A DNA stretch of 64,000 nt from Longimicrobiales bacterium (GTDB taxonomy: Bacteria > Gemmatimonadota > Gemmatimonadetes > Longimicrobiales > Gaopeijiaceae), in the NCBI GenBank assembly GCA_965219445.1, contig CBDCNQ010000005.1:192001-256000 (forward strand), in the 5' to 3' direction. Within the stretch, counting starts at the first letter, position 1. Each line of letters starts with the position of its first letter. Positions 60,466 to 64,000 of the stretch are shown piece after piece. Made by a program: the position numbers and the translations under genes. The notes beneath the pieces are model-generated. The model was given only the letters and a program-made list of their open reading frames with translations. It ran no database searches and was not told the DNA's origin.

Positions 60466-61830
60466 TAGAAATTCATCTGTGCCCTCGTGCCGTCCGACTC
60501 CATTCAAGGAGAGCAGGCTCGGGCCGTGAGGCGGCGGGCCAGTTAGCTCCGGGCTCGGGTGAGGGGCAGAGTCCTGAGTGAGACCGACTCGATGTGTGGG
60601 GAGGGGAGGAGGCGTCCAATCAAGCGAGGCGGCTGTCAGGCATCCGGTGCCCGCTCGAGTTAGAAATCAAGGCTCACAACCTCCCCTCCCCGTCAGGTGC
60701 GTGTATAGAAGCGTTCGGTGTCGAATGCCTCCCGGTTCTTGAGCATGAAGTAGGTGGCGCGTCCGATGCGAGCCGCAAGGATGCTGAGCGCCTTGCCCTT
60801 GCCGTGGCGGCGCGCGAGCCTCTTGAGATGGGCCTGGCCGCGGACGTTGTCGCGAAGGAAGAGGACGGCCGCCTCACTGAACGCCCACTTGAGGTGTGCG
60901 TTGCCGATCTTGGCTCCTCCGCTGCCGACTCGCTTGCCTGCACTGCGGTGCTCGGGCTTGGCGAGTCGACAGTAGGAGCTGAAGCGCTGCACCGTGCTGA
61001 AGCGAGCGATGTCGTGGATCTCATAGAGCAGCGTGAGGGCCAGGATGCGGCCAATGCCGGGGATGGTTCGCAGCCGCTGCAGCGTGTCGTGGTCGTGGAC
61101 GCGGGCTTCTTCTTCGATCGTGCGCTCGAGTTCTCGGATCACGGGGTCGAAGCGATCCGCGAGTGCGAGATCCGCCTCGATGGTCCTCTGGATCATGCGA
61201 TCGTCGAATGCCTGGGCCAGTCCCTCGCGGTTCTTCTTATAGAGGAGCTGACCGGAGGGCCGAGGCAGGTTGTACTGATGAAAGGTGTTACGGACGTGGG
61301 CGAGGAGTTCGCCGCGCTTGCGTACGAAGTAGAGTCGGCGCCGGAGCACATCGCGCGTGGCTCGCATCTGCGGGGGATAGACGTAGGCCACCGGAAAGGC
61401 ACCCCCGCGCAGCAGCACCGCCGTCTTGTGGGAGTCGATGTGGTCGTTCTTCGCCTTGGCCCCATGGATCGCCTTCATGTAGAGCGCATGGCCGAGCACG
61501 AAGGGGATCTGCTCGCGAGCACAGAGATCGGCGAGCCAGTACCAGCAGAAGATGCACTCGCTGCCCACGACGAGATCTGAACGGTACGGCTCGAGGGCGC
61601 GAAGCAGTGCCTCGCCCTCACAGCGTAGCCTCTTGTGTAGTCGTATCTTGCCCTGGCAGTCCAGGATACAGAGGTAGAGCGTGCGAGCGTGAAGGTCGAT
61701 GCCACAGTAGTATCGATGCTGGCCGGTGTAGAAGCGCATGGTTCCCCTCCTGGGTTGGATGGATCGAGCGTCGCGCTCTGATCATTCCGTCCTCTCTCTG
61801 AGAGGTCCAGGAGGGGGCCTGCATGAGTAT
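60466..61830 (-). mobile_element. IS110-family (IS1111-like) element inserted in an attC site
   Basis: Ends ...CCTA|GAAATTCATC and CATGAGTAT|CAAGCG...; long non-coding region 60466-60692 downstream of the recombinase; imperfect sub-terminal inverted repeats. Confidence 0.8.
60693..61739 (-). CDS. IS110-family DEDD recombinase/transposase
   Basis: GIDLH, GSEC, KNDHIDS, TIPGIG, RSAG, GNAHLKWAFSEAA. Confidence 0.93.
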   Translation of the reverse strand: MRFYTGQHRYYCGIDLHARTLYLCILDCQGKIRLHKRLRCEGEALLRALEPYRSDLVVGSECIFCWYWLADLCAREQIPFVLGHALYMKAIHGAKAKNDHIDSHKTAVLLRGGAFPVAYVYPPQMRATRDVLRRRLYFVRKRGELLAHVRNTFHQYNLPRPSGQLLYKKNREGLAQAFDDRMIQRTIEADLALADRFDPVIRELERTIEEEARVHDHDTLQRLRTIPGIGRILALTLLYEIHDIARFSTVQRFSSYCRLAKPEHRSAGKRVGSGGAKIGNAHLKWAFSEAAVLFLRDNVRGQAHLKRLARRHGKGKALSILAARIGRATYFMLKNREAFDTERFYTRT

Positions 61831-61925
61831 CAAGCGATTGCTGCAGTCGCGGCAACCATCGACCTCGCGCGCTACGCTTGCGGTCACCACATTAGCCGCA
61901 CAGCAGAATCGCAGATCCGTTAGAT
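61831..61925 (+). other. Integron attC site (main part; its R'' end lies at ~60461-60467, beyond the IS110)
   Basis: GCGATT[G]CTGC pairs with GCAGAATCGC leaving an extrahelical G; ends in GTTAGAT (GTTRRRY) 22 bp before a promoterless ORF. Confidence 0.75.
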
Positions 61926-61947
61926 AGCTCCTACAGGCCGGTACCGT

Positions 61948-62775
61948 ATGCTTGTCAGCCTTAGACCGTCGTTGCGCCATCTTTTGGCGGCGACCCTCAT
62001 GTTTGGGGCGTGCACCGAAGCTGCGGAACAAATCAATGAACCGGATCACTCCGAGGCCATTGCACGCGTCTTCACGGGGCTTCGCTCCGAGCTAGCCGTC
62101 CGCGGAAGGCCCGCTCCAACGACCCATTCGCTCGAGGCCCGGATGGTGGAGTACGACGTGCCGGGCGTCTCGGTCGCGGTTGCGGACGGAGGTCATCTGG
62201 TGTGGGCTCGTGGCTTCGGCGTGAAGGAGCGCGGCAGACCCGACTCTGTGGACGACGCGACGTTATTCCAGGCTGCATCGGTCTCGAAGCCGATTGCCGC
62301 TACTGCTGTGCTCAAGATGGTGGAAGACGGGAGGCTCGACCTCGACACCCCGGTGAACGAGTATCTCACTAGTTGGCAGTTGCCCACCAATGCCCTTACG
62401 GCTGAGGAGCCTGTAACGCTTCGTCGCATCGTCTCTCATGGCGCGGGAACGACGGTCTGGGGATTCGCAGGCTATAGGACTACGGCCCAGCTCCCGACGG
62501 TTCCGCAGATCTTGGACGGGCAGCCACCCGCGAACAACCCAGCCGTCCGCGTTGACCTGATGCCTGGGCAGACGTGGCGGTACTCGGGTGGTGGGGTAAC
62601 TATCGGGCAGTTGGTGATTGCCGACGTAGCGAGGGTCCCGTTCTCAGATGTCCTGGACGAGCTAGTCCTGGGTCCTTTCGGGATGGTTCGTAGTACGTTT
62701 GCTCAGCCGCTTCCGACGAATCGGCAGCACGAGCCCGCTGCAGGCCATCAAGCTGACGGGACAGTGGTGCCGGGT
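61948..62775 (+). pseudogene. Serine hydrolase (class C beta-lactamase-like) lipoprotein cassette gene, 3'-truncated
   Basis: Lipobox FGAC, VPGVSVAV, FQAASVSK (SxxK), WRYSGGG; homology stops at GTVVPG. Confidence 0.82.
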
Positions 62776-63667
62776 CGGATGGGACGCAGCCCGGACTGTG
62801 AGGAGCGTGGGAGCGACACCGGCATAGCTTACGAGGTGCCCCGGTGTACGAAATCGTTTGATGGGCAACGTCTCGGTGGCGATGAGCAATGCCCGGTAGG
62901 GACCGATGCCCGGGACGGTCTCGAGTAGGGCCACTGCCGGGATCTCGCGGCCCACGTGCTCCACTCTGCGATCGAGGGTTTTGATCATCGGTGCGAGCTG
63001 ATCGATGAGCTCCCACTGCATGTCGATGAACAGACGCCGCTCGTCCCCGAGCAGGGGCCACGCCACATCATGCACCCACTGGCGTCCATCCTGGGTGAGC
63101 AGACACCCACGCTCCAGATGAAGCCCGACGTTGTGGATCTGGGCGTGGATGCGGTTCACCATGCGCGTGCGTTCGCGTACGAGTCGCGCCCGGTTGCGTA
63201 GCAGTACCGCCTGCTCCCGCTGCTCGACGCACTTCGGATGGACCTCGGGGATGAGGCCCGCGAGCCGCATACGCGCCAACAACTCGGCGTCGATATCGTC
63301 ACTCTTGTAGTTGGACTCGGCGATGACTCGAAGCCGCTTGGCGTGAGCGAGCACGAAGTCGATCCCCCGCTCCCCGAGTCGATCGAAGAGCCACGGCCAG
63401 GCCGGACTCGTCTCGACGACCACCTCCAGGGGCTGATACTGCTGAAGTAGATCATCGAGTCGATCCTCTTGCGTGTTCTTGATCCGGATGGGTCCGGCCA
63501 CCAGCTGACCTGTATTGCTCACGATGGCGATCACCGAATACGTTGCGTGAGCATCGATTCCTGCGACAAACATGGCTGGCCTCCTTGGGTTGGGTGCCGC
63601 AGGCCTTTGAGCAAAGATCAGCGTAACGCCACGCTCGAGTGAGGTCAGCCTTTCGCCTTATAAGATC
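62773..63667 (-). mobile_element. Second IS110-family element, 3'-truncated (CDS start 63573)
   Basis: GIDAH, VVETS, KSDDIDA, TVPGIG, VSYAGVAP; frameshift near 62808; upstream non-coding end finishing CCTTATAAGATC. Confidence 0.85.
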
Positions 63668-63687
63668 AGAATCGCAGAGGGTTAGAG
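63667..63687 (+). other. Right arm of a second attC site
   Basis: CAGAATCGCAGA is identical to 61904-61915 and is followed by GTTAGAG, then an RBS/ATG at 63731. Confidence 0.6.
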
Positions 63688-63754
63688 AGCACAGGATCAG
63701 CCTTACTCGTTGCTTCCGGCAGAGGAACTCATGACGGTCAGGAATCATGGGCAT

Positions 63755-64000
63755 TGAGGTACGCCGGAACCTGTCAACGCCAGTGAGACACTCTTGGAAA
63801 TCAATTAGAGAGCAATCTCCTGTGTCGTGAGGGATGGGGTGGGAGGATTGATCCAGACGGCCTCCGGGAGTGGTTTAGGCTTCGGCTCACCGGAGACGAA
63901 GCGCTCGGGATGAGCGGCCCATGCCTCACGGAGCACGGCCTTCCTGCAGGCGATGATCCGATCGGCGTGACCGAAGTGGACCTGTTCGGGGGTCAGCATC
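63755..64000 (-). mobile_element. IS3-family right end with orfB C-terminus (continues beyond the window)
   Basis: MLTPEQVHFG...AHPERFV...VWINPP; terminal TGAGG...CTGTCAAC...GTGAGACAC. Confidence 0.8.

Noticed and set aside
61948..62928. Functional beta-lactamase resistance gene
   Set aside because: Belongs to the broad serine-hydrolase family and has lost its C-terminal part
1..64000. CRISPR array, cas genes, rRNA or complete tRNA genes
   Set aside because: No regularly spaced repeat-spacer array or full cloverleaf seen; only tRNA-3'-like fragments at att-like sites
55186..64000. Composite transposon bounded by the two IS3 pieces
   Set aside because: The left copy is truncated, the right copy extends outside the window, and no flanking target duplication can be checked

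Overview
High-GC bacterial window; the gene content resembles Gemmatimonadota (inference only). Bases 1-20.7 kb are an intact housekeeping block: sensor kinase, two TonB-dependent receptors (one with a Fur-like box), heme A synthase, ABC exporter, acyl-CoA dehydrogenase, patatin, BNR/VPS10 propeller, DnaQ exonuclease, quinone reductase and sucA, ending in a 3'-truncated pgeF. Bases ~20.7-58.6 kb are a nested, partly decayed island of integrative and mobilizable elements. It holds an IS1595-type end with protease passengers, an IS1202-family IS with a 16-bp target duplication, two intact and several broken P4-like integrases, a HEPN protein, and a type I RM locus carrying a PIN toxin-antitoxin pair and a TIGR02391/HEPN gene. 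The hsdM of that locus is cut by a ~15 kb ICE-like element (tyrosine recombinase, ArdC, a very acidic small protein, VirB4/5/6/8/9/10/11, VirD4-like). No HUH relaxase is visible in the ICE, whose distal end is missing. It does carry a PD-(D/E)XK relaxase-like gene and a wHTH gene followed by a ~300-nt multi-hairpin element; that element occurs three times with compensatory sequence changes. Bases ~60-64 kb look like an integrase-less integron cassette remnant in which two consecutive attC sites are each occupied by a different IS110-family element, whose non-coding ends contain short matches to their own junctions. The best candidates for something undescribed are the wHTH gene plus structured element with the non-HUH conjugation module, and the attC-targeting IS110 pair.
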